A stretch of 64,000 nt of DNA from Eledone cirrhosa (taxonomy: Eukaryota). Location of the stretch: the NCBI GenBank assembly GCA_964016885.1, contig OZ024742.1, forward strand, positions 120,156,001 through 120,220,000. Direction: 5' to 3'. The position numbers were made by a program, and so were the translations under genes. The notes under the pieces were generated by a model, which saw only the letters and a list, made by a program, of their open reading frames with translations, did no database searches and was not told the origin of the DNA. Positions 63,378 to 64,000 of the stretch are shown piece by piece (within the stretch, counting starts at the first letter, position 1; each line of letters begins with the position of its first letter).

Positions 63378-63750
63378 GCATGGTAGTGTAACATGAGATG
63401 TGGCTGCAGAGGACATGTGCAAACTGGGGAGAAATGAAGCAACCATACCTCATTGTGAGAGAAAGGCAGAGTTTGGACAAGTTGAGAGGAATCCGAGGTG
63501 GTGTGTAGGAGAGAGACTGTGTTGGTATGGACATTTGATATGCATAGATGGTGATGGCTGGGTGAAGAAGTGCCAGGAAATCCCAGCAGCATGTAACCAC
63601 AGTAGAGGTAGACTGAGAAGACCTGGGCAGAGGTTGTGAGAGCTGACCTCGCATCACTGAAACTCACAGAGGAGATGATGAAGAAACACGATGAGTGGAG
63701 AGATGACCTGTTCAACCCATGCAAACATGTAAAAACGCTGATGATGAAAC
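63378..63750 (+). mobile_element. Old diverged RTE 3' fragment
   Basis: ERLCWYGHL..WVKKC..RGRLRR; 3' end AACCCATGCAAACATG..GATGATGA. Confidence 0.75.
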
Positions 63751-64000
63751 AATACTCTGGGAAAAAGATGCTCTATTTTAACTAAACTTATGTGTGTGTG
63801 TTGATTAGTGATCTTATGAACATTCAGGCAGAACTTCAGAGTAACAGGATGCTGGCTCAACCTTCATAAAATTATTCATGTCTACTATGATATTAAATAC
63901 TTGTTCTCAAAACTATCAATATTATCTATAAATATACACAAAATAGATGGGCTTTCGCCTGGTTATTGTTTACAAATCTTTGTTCAAAAGTCTTTGGTGA

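Overview
AT-rich animal genomic DNA. The SINE/LINE repertoire and microsatellite density suggest a mollusc, probably an octopod; this is inference, not tested. No intact host protein-coding gene is visible. The window is a mosaic of decayed mobile elements: an R4/Dong-type restriction-endonuclease LINE tail-to-tail with a Tx1-like LINE, several RTE 3' fragments with (GAT)n tails, CR1-like LINE ends, a ~4.4 kb frameshifted Penelope-like element (PLE; Neptune-like), a complete non-autonomous Helitron, Tc1/mariner and TTAA-type MITEs, a hAT/Buster remnant, many tRNA-derived SINEs, and mini/microsatellites. A CpG-enriched patch at ~15.56-15.96 kb, with splice donors pointing outward on both strands, looks like a bidirectional promoter; a few weak candidate exons lie elsewhere. 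The signal the ORF track misses is a set of six type I hammerhead-ribozyme-like folds at four loci. Two loci are foldback elements carrying a hammerhead on each strand (16.63-16.74 kb and 31.02-31.53 kb). One is a solo relative with a compensatory stem I (53.55 kb), and one is a U3-A8 core variant in the PLE 3' end (30.76 kb). All folds and alignments were done by eye.
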